From Basidiobolus meristosporus CBS 931.73 (taxonomy: Eukaryota; Fungi; Basidiobolomycota): a stretch of 64,000 bases of DNA. The first letter of the stretch is position 1; the number at the start of each line of letters is the position of its first letter. Where the stretch lies: assembly GCA_002104905.1 (NCBI GenBank), contig MCFE01000003.1:124001-188000 (forward strand). Direction: 5' to 3'. The notes beneath the pieces were generated by a model. That model did no database searches and was not told where the DNA came from. It saw only the letters and a list, made by a program, of their open reading frames with translations. A program made the translations under genes and the position numbers. This document shows, piece after piece, positions 38,301 to 48,307 of this stretch.

Positions 38301-39820
38301 AGTCTCATCCAATGTTTCTAGGTTATTGGTGGCTATAATAAGATCATCCACATATAGAGCTAATAGAACTGGGTTTGCTCTATCTGGCTTATAGTATATA
38401 CTATAGTCAGCATTACTCCTTTTGAAACTCAAAGATTCCAAATAAGAATCTATCTTGCAATTCCAGGCTCTTGGTGATTGTTTGAGACCATATAGTGACT
38501 TTTTAAGCTTGCAGACCAAATGGGGGTTATCTTGGTCAACAAACCCATCAGGCTGGTTCATATACACATCCTCATCAAGTTCTCCATTCAAAAATGCAGG
38601 TTTTATATCCATTTGATGAATAAAAAACTTATATTTGGCTGCAATAGCCAATATTAATCTGATGGAATTAAACTTGGCTACCAGTGCAAAGGTCTCAGTA
38701 TAGTCAAGTCCTTTTGTTTGAGAGTATCCTTTGGCTACAAGTCTTGCTTTGTATCTTTCAATTGTACCATCAGCTTTCTATTTTGTCTTGAAGACCCAGA
38801 TTTTTCATTTCTTCTCCTGGCAGCATCTTTGTAGCAAAGAATTTTTGTCTCAGATACATTTTCTTAGCAGCTGAACATGACTAGTAGGTGTCTTCTAATG
38901 CCTTCCAGGCATTCTTTGCTGTTTTTGCTCTTGAGCATTGAATTAGCAATTTGTCTTTAACATTAAGGCAAATGCAGTTAAAGGCACTTTGTTCTTTCTT
39001 CTGGTACTTTAAGGCTTCCTCTCCCACGTTTTTAGGAGGGCATTCTTCTCCCATGACAATATCCCAAAGGCCTCTTTCTTGTAGTAGCATCTTCATCTTC
39101 ACCTTCCACACTTGGTAGTTAGATCCATCCAACTTTTCAGCAGAGGGAAAAATTCCAGTAATAGCAGTAGTAGACATTGCAGAGAGTGACAGCTTGGGGC
39201 TCATATCCTGTTGTAAGAGTCTTGGAGATATTGGAAGTGATTGGGAGGACAAGTATATTATGTGGTTTTCACTTAATGATTTATTGAATGTAAAAGTAGT
39301 ATTTATACTTTTACCTGGTCTTGGCATTACAAACATGTAGAATAGGGTAAGGAAGGTCCCAAGAACATGTGTGCAAAGCTTGGGGCTGTTTGGATAACCT
39401 TGAGATTATTTATGTTCTGGGTACCTTATATTTTGGTGAAAATATTCTAAGTAAATCCCAACAAGGAATTTGGTCAGTATTCTCTAGGATTTGATGGCAA
39501 TGATCTAAGTGACTAAGTTAGGTGAATATTTAGGTGGAAATACAAATTTTTACAACATTAGGTTCATTCATATAAATAAATCTCATGTCAAGATCATTGG
39601 AATTCCATGCAAGTCCTGCCAAAAGACTGTTAAGGCACTGTAAAGTATATTACTCTATATGGCTGTAAAAACAGCTAGACACTTTCACAATCCCATCATA
39701 AGATTGTTGGCAGGGTCAATAATTCCAAGTGGCCAGCATTGTAATGGCCTTATTGCAGGATCCTGATGGCTGATATGGATTGGATCCACTTGCAGGACCA
39801 AATTGTTTCTCACAGGGGCT
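35391..39820 (+). pseudogene. CACTA/EnSpm-like transposase, copy 3 (5'-truncated; 35391-37014 plus 39563-~39820, interrupted by copia B3)
   Basis: GPCFTFWEFPMEWMCGEIGRQVK; the tail after 39563 aligns with the copy 1 tail at 18700-18870. Confidence 0.78.
37015..39557 (-). mobile_element. Copia B3, both 349-bp LTRs and TSD TTAGG intact; protease, integrase and most of gag deleted
   Basis: LTRs 37015-37363 and 39209-39557; TTAGG at 37010-37014 and 39558-39562; gag joined to RT at ~38798; HQMDIKPAFLNG and LYVDD present. Confidence 0.93.
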
Positions 39821-39829
39821 ATATGTGCA

Positions 39830-39988
39830 ACTTATCAATTTTCATGTCCTAGGTACCTGGTGCTTTGGTGAGAACATTGTTAGTAAATTCTAACAAGGAA
39901 CTTGGCCAGGATCCTCAGAGGCTTGTAGACTACAATCTAGGTGCCTATGTCAGATGAATATTTAGGAGCAATTACAAAATTTACAACA
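39830..39988 (-). repeat. Diverged half of a copia-B LTR (last clear TE remnant)
   Basis: Ends GAATATTTAGG..TTACAACA like the other B LTRs. Confidence 0.65.
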
Positions 39989-40622
39989 AAAGGAACCTAA
40001 TTTCTATATATTCACCCAAAGATCCCAGATCTTGTGCAAAACTTCCTGGAATTTTCTCCAACCCATATCCAGCACCACATGTGTGAGGTTTGCACTGAGG
40101 TGCAACAGCTGTAACTTGATCTAATTAATCTACTAGTGAAAAACAACACTTTCTTCGGATTCTTCCAAATTACATCCAGGCTCTTGCCACCACCCTCCAC
40201 AGTCAACAAGAAAGGTTTTGTGGCAAAATAATGTGTGAGGGGATGGAATTGGCCAAATATCCAACCATATTAGCTGACTAGATTGTCTTGAGCGTACTTG
40301 ATTGTTGCAAGGTTTGTCACATACATCATGCACCACTTACGCCTTTGTTATACCAGCTTCAGCATAATGCCGAATCATTCTTTACGTTGTAGAAGCCGTA
40401 GGCCATTGAATCCAAAGTATCTTTCCACCCTGCTGCGGGAATCGGCGGGAATTCGAATGGCCCTACAAGCCAATGGGATCCCGCCCCCGCAATGACATAC
40501 GATCATGCACATGACAAACGGTAAACATCCACGAATTTCTGCTGAGCCACTATTTCGGCAGCGTGTTGAGCCCACGAACAATATTTAAGGTGAGTGATGA
40601 GAAGAGGAAGTCAACCATCAAG

Positions 40623-41627
40623 ATGCCGTTCAAGTCCACCCACCGGGTCCGAAACATTAGCATAGCCATAGCCGTGATCGCAGTTATAGCGGTGGCCAGC
40701 GGGCTCATCGCGTACTTCGTCACTCGAGAGAATAAATCGGCCCCGTCTCCGTCTCCGTCCCCGCACCCAACCCCGCAGAACCCAAACTTACACAAGTCCT
40801 TCTGGGGCATCAACTACACACCATTGAACTCCCAATACCCCGCCTGCGGAAGTAAGCAACAAGATATTACCGAGGACATCAAGGTCCTGGCTCAGCTCAC
40901 CCCACGGCTTCGCCTCTACGGCATGGATTGTCAACAGGCAGAGTTTACCCTGCAAGCGATCAAGGATCTAAAGGTAGATATCAAGGTGATCCTGACCATA
41001 TGGGTGGACAACAACTCCACCACGTACCAACGCCAATCTGCCGACCTATTCAGCACCATTCAGAAGTTTGGTCCCGACCAGATCTACGCGGTCTCCGTGG
41101 GGAACGAAGCATTTTTCCGCAAGGAGATCACTCATGAGGATCTTTACGCGAGGATAGCGGACGTCCGTCAGAAACTCAAAGGGATGGGCTACGAAATACC
41201 CGTGACCACCTCCGACTTGGGATCCATCTACAACCCGGAGCTGATCAGCCATCTTGATCTTTCCATGGCCAACATCCACCCCTACTTTGCTGGGACCTTG
41301 GTATCCGACGCTGCCAACTGGACGTTCTCATACTTTCAGCAGAACATCGTACAACCCTCGCAGGGCAAGCAGTCCGTCATCTCTGAAGTGGGGTGGCCTA
41401 CCAAGGGGGACCCCGATCGAGGGGCCGTGGCTTCGGTCCCCAACTTGCAATACTTCGTGGACAGTTTTCTGTGCGAAGCCAACCGCAGAAAGGTCCCGTA
41501 CTTCTGGTTTGAGGCCATCGACGGTCCCTGGAAAACCCAGCAGTTCACCGTGCTGGAGGGTAACTGGGGTCTGCTGACCACCGACCGCCAGCCCAAGGTT
41601 AAAATACCAAATTGCCCAGTTGCGTGA
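40623..41627 (+). CDS. Glycoside hydrolase family 17 beta-1,3-glucanase/glucanosyltransferase with N-terminal signal anchor (334 aa)
   Basis: RLRLY, VSVGNEA (acid/base Glu), NIHPYF, ISEVGWP (nucleophile Glu), FEAID.PWK, EGNWGL; hydrophobic segment followed by a Pro/Ser linker; intronless. Confidence 0.92.
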   Translation: MPFKSTHRVRNISIAIAVIAVIAVASGLIAYFVTRENKSAPSPSPSPHPTPQNPNLHKSFWGINYTPLNSQYPACGSKQQDITEDIKVLAQLTPRLRLYGMDCQQAEFTLQAIKDLKVDIKVILTIWVDNNSTTYQRQSADLFSTIQKFGPDQIYAVSVGNEAFFRKEITHEDLYARIADVRQKLKGMGYEIPVTTSDLGSIYNPELISHLDLSMANIHPYFAGTLVSDAANWTFSYFQQNIVQPSQGKQSVISEVGWPTKGDPDRGAVASVPNLQYFVDSFLCEANRRKVPYFWFEAIDGPWKTQQFTVLEGNWGLLTTDRQPKVKIPNCPVA

Positions 41628-41853
41628 GCAACCTATACCTACACCACAACGACTACCCCCCCCCCCGCCTATCGGGAAATATCTATGATACAGTGTGTCA
41701 CTCTTAATATTGGCTGCTATGTACAAAATCTTTATTAAAAGTCCAAAATGACCCCCGCTAGCTGATCTATATGTGTCCAATGATGATTTTGGGCTTGCGA
41801 ACGATGTGCAGCAACCCGGAAGTCCAGTTGAAAAGAGGATTAGTGCAAGTAGG

Positions 41854-43167
41854 TTACATACGGAAGACGTATTCGCTTGACGACCTGTATTCTACAGATT
41901 GATAGAAATATAGGGAGATGTTCTCCTCGGTAAGGCTCGAATGCACCCTGGCGAAAGGGATATCCTCGTCCATGTTCAGCCCATCCTCTTTCAAGGATTC
42001 ACTGACTCCATAAGGTTCGCATTGGCCAGGGGAAATGAGGAAGCTTTGTCGCTTCGATTGGCGAAGGATCACCTTCCTTAATGGCTCTATACCGGAGAAC
42101 TGGCTGCTCTCCGCAACGTTGGACTGAAGAAGGCATTTGGTGTCCGCTTGGCTGAGCAGCACCTTGCGGACAACGAATCGCAGGATGACTGCGATCCTAG
42201 GGTGTCGAGGGTTGATGCTTGGAGAGCACCCACCAACCTCCTCGGGAGCTTGAGGCTGTTGAATGTGATACTGAAAGATCAGGTCGTCCTTCAGCTCCGC
42301 CCAGGCGTTCTGGACGGCGGGGTCGACAAAGAAGATGGCTGCATTGAGGATCCCCTGCGAGGAGGTCCCGATGAATGAGAGCAAAAGAAAGGTATAGTTC
42401 ACCCGCTGGTTCCAGTAGATGTCCAGCTCCGAGATGAGATTGAACGACTGAGTGAGGACCGGGATGATCGGGTATAGAATCACCCGGCGCACCACTTTGT
42501 TCATGGTGGACTGGATGATGAGGGAATTGCTGAAGAACCGTCTACGGTCTTGTCTCTCTCGGGCGATCTTGATCAGAACCATCAGGACCACGACGAAACA
42601 GTACAAGATACCCAGCATGGTCCAGCTGTAAAGGGTTGCCCAGGTCCAGACCATCCGCTCGGAGGGGTTATGGATGCTATACCAGCATGACTCCTGGTAG
42701 GAGTCGTGGCCTAGTCTTCCGCTGAGCAGCGGGGGCAAGGATATGGCCAAAGAGAGAAGGCCGGCGATCGAGTAGTAGTATTTCTCGTATTTTTGGGTTT
42801 GCCGCTTCCCATGCACGAATATCACCTGTAGGTTGAATGCGATCATGACGGTCAGAAAGGTGGACAGATGCGTCGTCTGTATGAACCCCCAAACGCTCAG
42901 CGCGCACAGGAACTCGTTCTCCTTGGTCACATCACTGACGATCTGAAAGGCGGAGTAGAAGAGGTCCACTGTGGCCACGGCGAAGGTCAGCCTCAGGGAG
43001 ACTCGGTTGACCAAGTGGCTCTTTAGGCTATGAAATATGGCAAAGATGAGAATGACCAGCAAATTGAAGATCACCGACAGGAGATTCAGCGGAACCGCCA
43101 CATCCACCAACGTCTGACTCTGTCTCGGGCTAAGTTTATCGATGATGTCGTTGTGGAGTTCAAACAT
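41854..43167 (-). CDS. Seven-TM GPCR, cAMP-receptor-like/Git3-like (437 aa)
   Basis: Seven hydrophobic segments; RVSLRL after TM1, Cys at the start of TM3 and CWY in ECL2, RRVILYP, SQGILNA; start placed at MFELH. Confidence 0.8.
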   Translation of the reverse strand: MFELHNDIIDKLSPRQSQTLVDVAVPLNLLSVIFNLLVILIFAIFHSLKSHLVNRVSLRLTFAVATVDLFYSAFQIVSDVTKENEFLCALSVWGFIQTTHLSTFLTVMIAFNLQVIFVHGKRQTQKYEKYYYSIAGLLSLAISLPPLLSGRLGHDSYQESCWYSIHNPSERMVWTWATLYSWTMLGILYCFVVVLMVLIKIARERQDRRRFFSNSLIIQSTMNKVVRRVILYPIIPVLTQSFNLISELDIYWNQRVNYTFLLLSFIGTSSQGILNAAIFFVDPAVQNAWAELKDDLIFQYHIQQPQAPEEVGGCSPSINPRHPRIAVILRFVVRKVLLSQADTKCLLQSNVAESSQFSGIEPLRKVILRQSKRQSFLISPGQCEPYGVSESLKEDGLNMDEDIPFARVHSSLTEENISLYFYQSVEYRSSSEYVFRM

Positions 43168-43778
43168 TACACATGGACTGGGTTCAAGGAAGAGAGGCTT
43201 GGAGGGAAACCAGGAGATCGGTGCTGGGTTAAAATCACAACGCAAACGGAGTTTGTCGTAATGAGATCGGGGAAGTACCAGCCATTCAACAGGCCGTTGA
43301 ACGAACGATCATGTTTATATAAAGCACAGCCTCGATTCTCAGTGATTTCATTAATGCTTCCAGGGATGCACAGCCATGCAAAGATCGTGTCCGTAGGCAT
43401 CGAGCCAGGCACAATCCACTAACAATAGCGGGATCGTATCAATGCCGTCAACTCGTTTGCCTTGCTTTGCTATCATTAAGCTGTAGGAGCACTTTAGCTA
43501 CCAAACATTCGATACCCCATCCAACCGTGTTTGTAATTGCTGTTGCTTATGCAGGATCACATAACGTCTGCCGAAAGACAATTAAGTTGGAAATCAATGA
43601 TCAAGTGGCGTTTATTCTGGCTCGGCATTCTTATTGCTCACCATATTGTCTCCTACAATGGTATATCCATCACATTCTCCAGAAACACTCGGTTGAAAGC
43701 GATAATGTGCTCCGGTCTAACTGAGGCACAGAAGTGGGTCCGTGCCCAGTAGGTGCCGTGAAGAAGGCGGCTTCGATG

Positions 43779-44137
43779 TTACAGTATAAATGTATTGATG
43801 AACAGGAGTGCAAATATAAGAGTAAATAAGGTTGCTGCATTCTTCACATGAGGATCACGTTGCAAGTTCCAGTGTGGATCGGCAATCTACAAACATCACT
43901 CGATATGAGAAATTGTCTACGCTTTGGTACACTTTTCAGGAACCAGTACCTTGGCAACCACGCGCTTCGAGCCTATGGCAGTCCATCCATTTGGGTAAAT
44001 ATACTCCCCTGCCCAGGATTCATGGCCATCACACTCGATCTACAATTCGGGCAGACAGTTAGGTTTCATTCTTTGAAGCGGATCCTACCAAGAGTCCGTA
44101 CCTGAGGGAAGTTGTGGGAATTTTTGGTGGAGAACAT
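43779..44137 (-). CDS. Possible small spliced gene (77 aa with a C-terminal hydrophobic tail in one model; other splicings possible)
   Basis: Intron 44101-44040 (GTACGG..CCTAAC..TAG, 62 bp) and candidate intron 43949-43887 (63 bp); no homology recognised. Confidence 0.35.
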
Positions 44138-44356
44138 CGGGAACGAAGAGTGACCTGCTGCTAGTTGAACGTCTCTTTGGTCTTCAATCGGAAGTCCACT
44201 TGCAGTGCGATTGTTTACCAACGAAAAAATCCCGTTCAAAATTGGGATGGCCTGCTCCGTCGGGTCATGTGATTTAGGCAGCATAAGATATATGGACTTT
44301 AAATTAAAATATTTCATTAACGAAACCTCAAGCGCTAAGACTACTCGACTTCGGCA

Positions 44357-45335
44357 ATGGAAAGCGATCCGCTCAACTCTAGCAAACCCTTGTTCTCAGG
44401 TTTTTCCAAGACCTTGCTTGATACTAGGCTAGACAGAACACCGGCCAGATCACTCACCTATTTCCCTTTTGAATGCAGATGCTGAGCCAAGCGATTCCGA
44501 GGAAATCGGGTTTTGCCCTCATAACCGTGGCAAGAAATATATCCTTTTCGTAGCAATCCAGTATAATGGGTGGCAGGACCGAATGTGCCTCCTACATTAC
44601 CTTGACTATATACTTTACTAAAGCTAGGAGCAGATCACGTCCACGGAAATACCCGACTATGGACTTTCAAGGCAACCGTTGGGGCCACCAGGGTAATCGG
44701 AAGTCCCTTGTTTCTTCCTAGCCACCTAGCTAAAACCACAGTTAGGATATTTCCACCACTTCCAAAAAGAGAGGCAATTCCTTGGATGGTGAGGACGCCG
44801 CCGCAGTCATCAACATCAAAGGTATATCATACGAGTTCGCAGCCCTTTCCAGCACCGACACACAACCTCAACAACCTCATTCCCAAATCCAGAGCTCTTA
44901 TCACCACCCGAAAGACTGGAGGATTTCACCACCAAGTACCAGTATAGACACATCATGAAAGACAACAGGCTGGAGTTCTACATCATCAAACTCATGGAAG
45001 TCATCGAGGCTGAAGGAAAGAAGAACCGAAACTTGCGTAGATTGCTCAGTATGTTGCAACGCGACGAGCCTTCTGGAAAGGAATCAACCGACGACGAAGA
45101 GATTTCCAAGGAAGAGTATTTCAAAACATGGGAAGCAGTGCAGGTATGGATCTGTACTCGAACAACGCCGTGGAAAGCAACGCTAATCGTTTGTCTGTTT
45201 CTGCAGGAGGCCCTCTCACACAGCAATGCACTTTTGGAAATCCTGGGAACAACGCGTAGCAAACTCACCTATGTGGAGAGACAGAAATCCCGCTTATGGA
45301 AGAAATTGAAGTCTAAAAAGGACAAAGCATCCTGA
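44357..45335 (+). CDS. Rxt2-like protein (Rpd3L histone deacetylase complex subunit-like), multi-exon
   Basis: Exons 44357-44399, 44479-~44549, ~44625-44692, 44746-44821, 44893-45143, 45207-45335 join in frame except at the uncertain second intron; NRGKK..GADHVH, LLSPPERLEDF..KLMEVIEAE and a C-terminal helix pattern recall Rxt2. Confidence 0.55.
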
Positions 45336-45503
45336 TGTTCCTGCATCCTGCCTGGGCTGAATACGGAGTGAATTGACAGTATCTATCTCCAGTGAATAAG
45401 GGGTCTTTTGTAATATAATGAATAAATGTGGATAGATTTTTATTCCTTGATGGTCTCCGTTTTATTCAAAGGATTCGTCTAATTTGGATGATGGTAGGTC
45501 GGC

Positions 45504-46235
45504 TCAAGCTAGGTTGCGAAGTTTCTTGTACTCTTCTTCGCTCTTGCATTCTTTCAATGCGATGGCCGAGTTGTCGGACTTGGGCTTCAGTATGGCGATG
45601 TATCCCTTTGACTGAGACTTTGGTGACAGTTAGTATATCCCGTGACAGCGTTCGACGACTTGCGTGAAAAACTTACTTCGTTGAGGAGGAGCTCGGGGGT
45701 TTTCACGATACCCTCGTTTACTTCCATCAATTGGCTATGAACACCAGCACGAATCGTAAAGGTCTCCTCGTTATCGAGGGTGATTTTACAGATGGCTGTC
45801 CGTGGATCAAGCCACAGGGCCCCCTTCTTTCTCTTTCCTTGCACTTTGTTGTTTAGCACAGCCTCGGAGAATTCGATGCTTTTGATATGAGAGGCCTCTG
45901 AGGCTAGCAATGGATGGTTGGCTGCCAAACCCACTATGCATAATCTAAAGGGACACCGAATGAGTCGGTGTGGGGCACCGGTGGAAAGAAATGCGATGGA
46001 ACGTACTTGTTGGGGGCCTGCATTATGTACTGATCTTCCTTGTCGGTGGCTTCATTCACTTGATTAGAAGAAGAGTCAATATTCAGGGATTCAAGGGAGG
46101 AAATCTCACGAACTGACCAAAGTAGTGTTTGGTGAAATATCTCTCTAGATATTTGCTATTCTTCTCGTCCCACCCTTTGATGGTCTCTTGGTATTCCTCT
46201 ATGTCATAAGCGGTATCACACTTGAAGTCCGCCAT
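45504..46235 (-). CDS. ABITRAM: Abitram/FAM206A (Simiate), glycine-cleavage-H-like fold, 181 aa, 4 exons
   Basis: Exons 46235-46118, 46058-46007, 45944-45677, 45611-45504 with GT-AG introns; YLERYF, EDQY, LCIVGLAANHP, VQGKRKKGA, LMEVNE, GYIAIL. Confidence 0.85.
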
Positions 46236-46538
46236 TTCCAACTGGTACTCACCAACCAAGTGTCAAGTTAAGCTAGTGAATTGAACAATTTCTGTGGTCG
46301 TTTTACTGATTGATTTGGCCATAAACCCAAGCAAAAAGGGGGATTTTTTTTATTGACCAAACTGGATTTCCATTGAATTCAGCCAATATGCTGTTGGTTC
46401 GCCCTTTGGTGTGGAAATTAAACTGAAGCAGCAGGTTCAATCTCTGTGCGAATCTAGGGTTTTATTGAGAATAGAAATACAATTCGACCAGTTCTAAGAA
46501 AGCGAGGAATGGTTAACAGCGTCAGAGTCAACACTAGT

Positions 46539-47195
46539 CTAGCGCGCACGCTTCTCCTCGTTGGCAAGAGGGGAAGTGGGTGGGCGTTTCAATTGATTTG
46601 TTTGTGCTGGTGACTGGTTGTTGAAATACTCCTTCGATTCGACCAGGTTGGGCTTGATGGCATTTTCTCCACGTTTCCAGTTGGCTGGACAAACCATTCC
46701 ATGTTCGTCGGTGAATTTCACGGCCTCTAGCAACCTCAAGGTCTCGTCCACGGATCTACCAACTGGCAGGTCGTTGATAATCTTGATGCGAACCTTCTGC
46801 TGTGGATCAATGATAAACAACCCACGGGCGGCCACTCCGGCCTCCTCTATCAGCGTGGAGTACTGGCGGCAGATGTTCTTGGTGATGTCTGAAACCAGAG
46901 GGTACTTCAGGCCTCCAAGGCCGCCTTGGTTTCTGGGGGTATTATTGAAAGCCAAGTGGGTGAACTGGGAATCGACCGAAATTCCCAAAACCTGAGCCCC
47001 CATGGAAGTGAATTCAGAGATGCGCTCGCTGAATGCGACCAGTTCGGTGGGACACACGAAGGTGAAATCTAGCGGGTAGAACAAGAGGACCACGTATTGG
47101 CCCGCGAAATCCGATAGCTTCACTTCCTGGAAGCACCCGTCAACCACAGCAGTGGCTTGGAATTGTGGAGCGACCTGCTGAATTTGAACTAGCAT
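46539..47195 (-). CDS. TSA1: Typical 2-Cys peroxiredoxin (AhpC/Prx1 subfamily), 218 aa, with C-terminal extension
   Basis: [13 protein letters not shown] (peroxidatic Cys), GGLG, GRSVDE, VCPANW (resolving Cys), YF motif. Confidence 0.93.
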   Translation of the reverse strand: MLVQIQQVAPQFQATAVVDGCFQEVKLSDFAGQYVVLLFYPLDFTFVCPTELVAFSERISEFTSMGAQVLGISVDSQFTHLAFNNTPRNQGGLGGLKYPLVSDITKNICRQYSTLIEEAGVAARGLFIIDPQQKVRIKIINDLPVGRSVDETLRLLEAVKFTDEHGMVCPANWKRGENAIKPNLVESKEYFNNQSPAQTNQLKRPPTSPLANEEKRAR

Positions 47196-48307
47196 ACCAG
47201 GCCCGCGGTTAATACAGAGCAGCAAGACACATACACACCTAGAGGCTTACCCATGCTGTCGTAATCAAGAACGTCGAGTGGGTCGGTGTGATGACGGCAA
47301 ATTTTATTTATGTGTTTTGCATCTTCCTTGCGGTCTAAATCCAGTAATCGTCCCCACATCCACGTTAGATAAACATCCCACATCACATGACCCCCGACCA
47401 CAACAAAGCCCATGCTGTTCGCGAATAGCAAGGGAAAATCGCTGGATTTGGGAAGATTTGAACGATACGTAAGAACGGTTGACCAGGAAAAACAGAAACA
47501 GATGGCCATTTCCGTTGCGACCCGTCTGGGGGCGTTCTTCAAGGCTTTCCATCGATCCCACTGCTGGAACGACAAGTATCCATCTAGATGGCAGCACTGC
47601 TCGTTTCCAGAGAGGCGGATCTGATTCGCTGCACTGTCCACCAGATCTACAGCATGGCTTCCGATAGCAGAGCAGTTATCTGGCTGTGACTCATGACAAA
47701 CTCGCCCAGTCGGAGCCCACCTCTCCAAATGATTTTGGCTTGGGATTTGCACGCTCTACAACCCGCGATCCTTGGTCCGCGATCCCTGGCCAACCATCAA
47801 TCCTTGCCAGTATATTTAGCTCAGGTCTAGGGGTTGCTATTCGTTCCTGACCAAAATGTTTCACGGGTGATTCCTCACACCATGAGAAATGTGGTCAGGG
47901 GAAGTATCATTGACAATGGACTTCAGCCGCCATGTTGGTTGATCTACCCAACTTGGGCACTCAGGGATATTTTCTCAATCAATCTCTACTTCAATTGGTG
48001 AAACTGCTTAAATGGCTATGAGATTCTGCCTGTGTGGATGGCCCAATGGGCAAGCGGGATGTAAAACGGGTGTGACTATTAATCCATCTGAACGCTGCCA
48101 GTCCCAAATCAGGGGGTGGTGGGTGTACGAGGTGGAGGTGAGGGCTAATCGGTGCCGTTGCCTTGCACGCCTGGTTGATATAAAGGTGATAAAAGCTTGA
48201 CCCTGCCCTACGGGTAGATAATCCCTGTTCCCATCCGATTTGGCTGTAGATTCGGTTTCCTTCCTGCATTCCGTGACTTTCTTTAGACCGTACGCGTTGT
48301 CTTGAAT

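Noticed and set aside
1-40000. RIP as the cause of TE decay
   Set aside because: The changes I could align are concentrated at CpG, and CA/TG dinucleotides are abundant rather than depleted; methyl-CpG deamination fits better.
41656-41666. C11/G11 homopolymer between the convergent GH17 and GPCR genes
   Set aside because: A single run with no supporting structure; not evidence of function.
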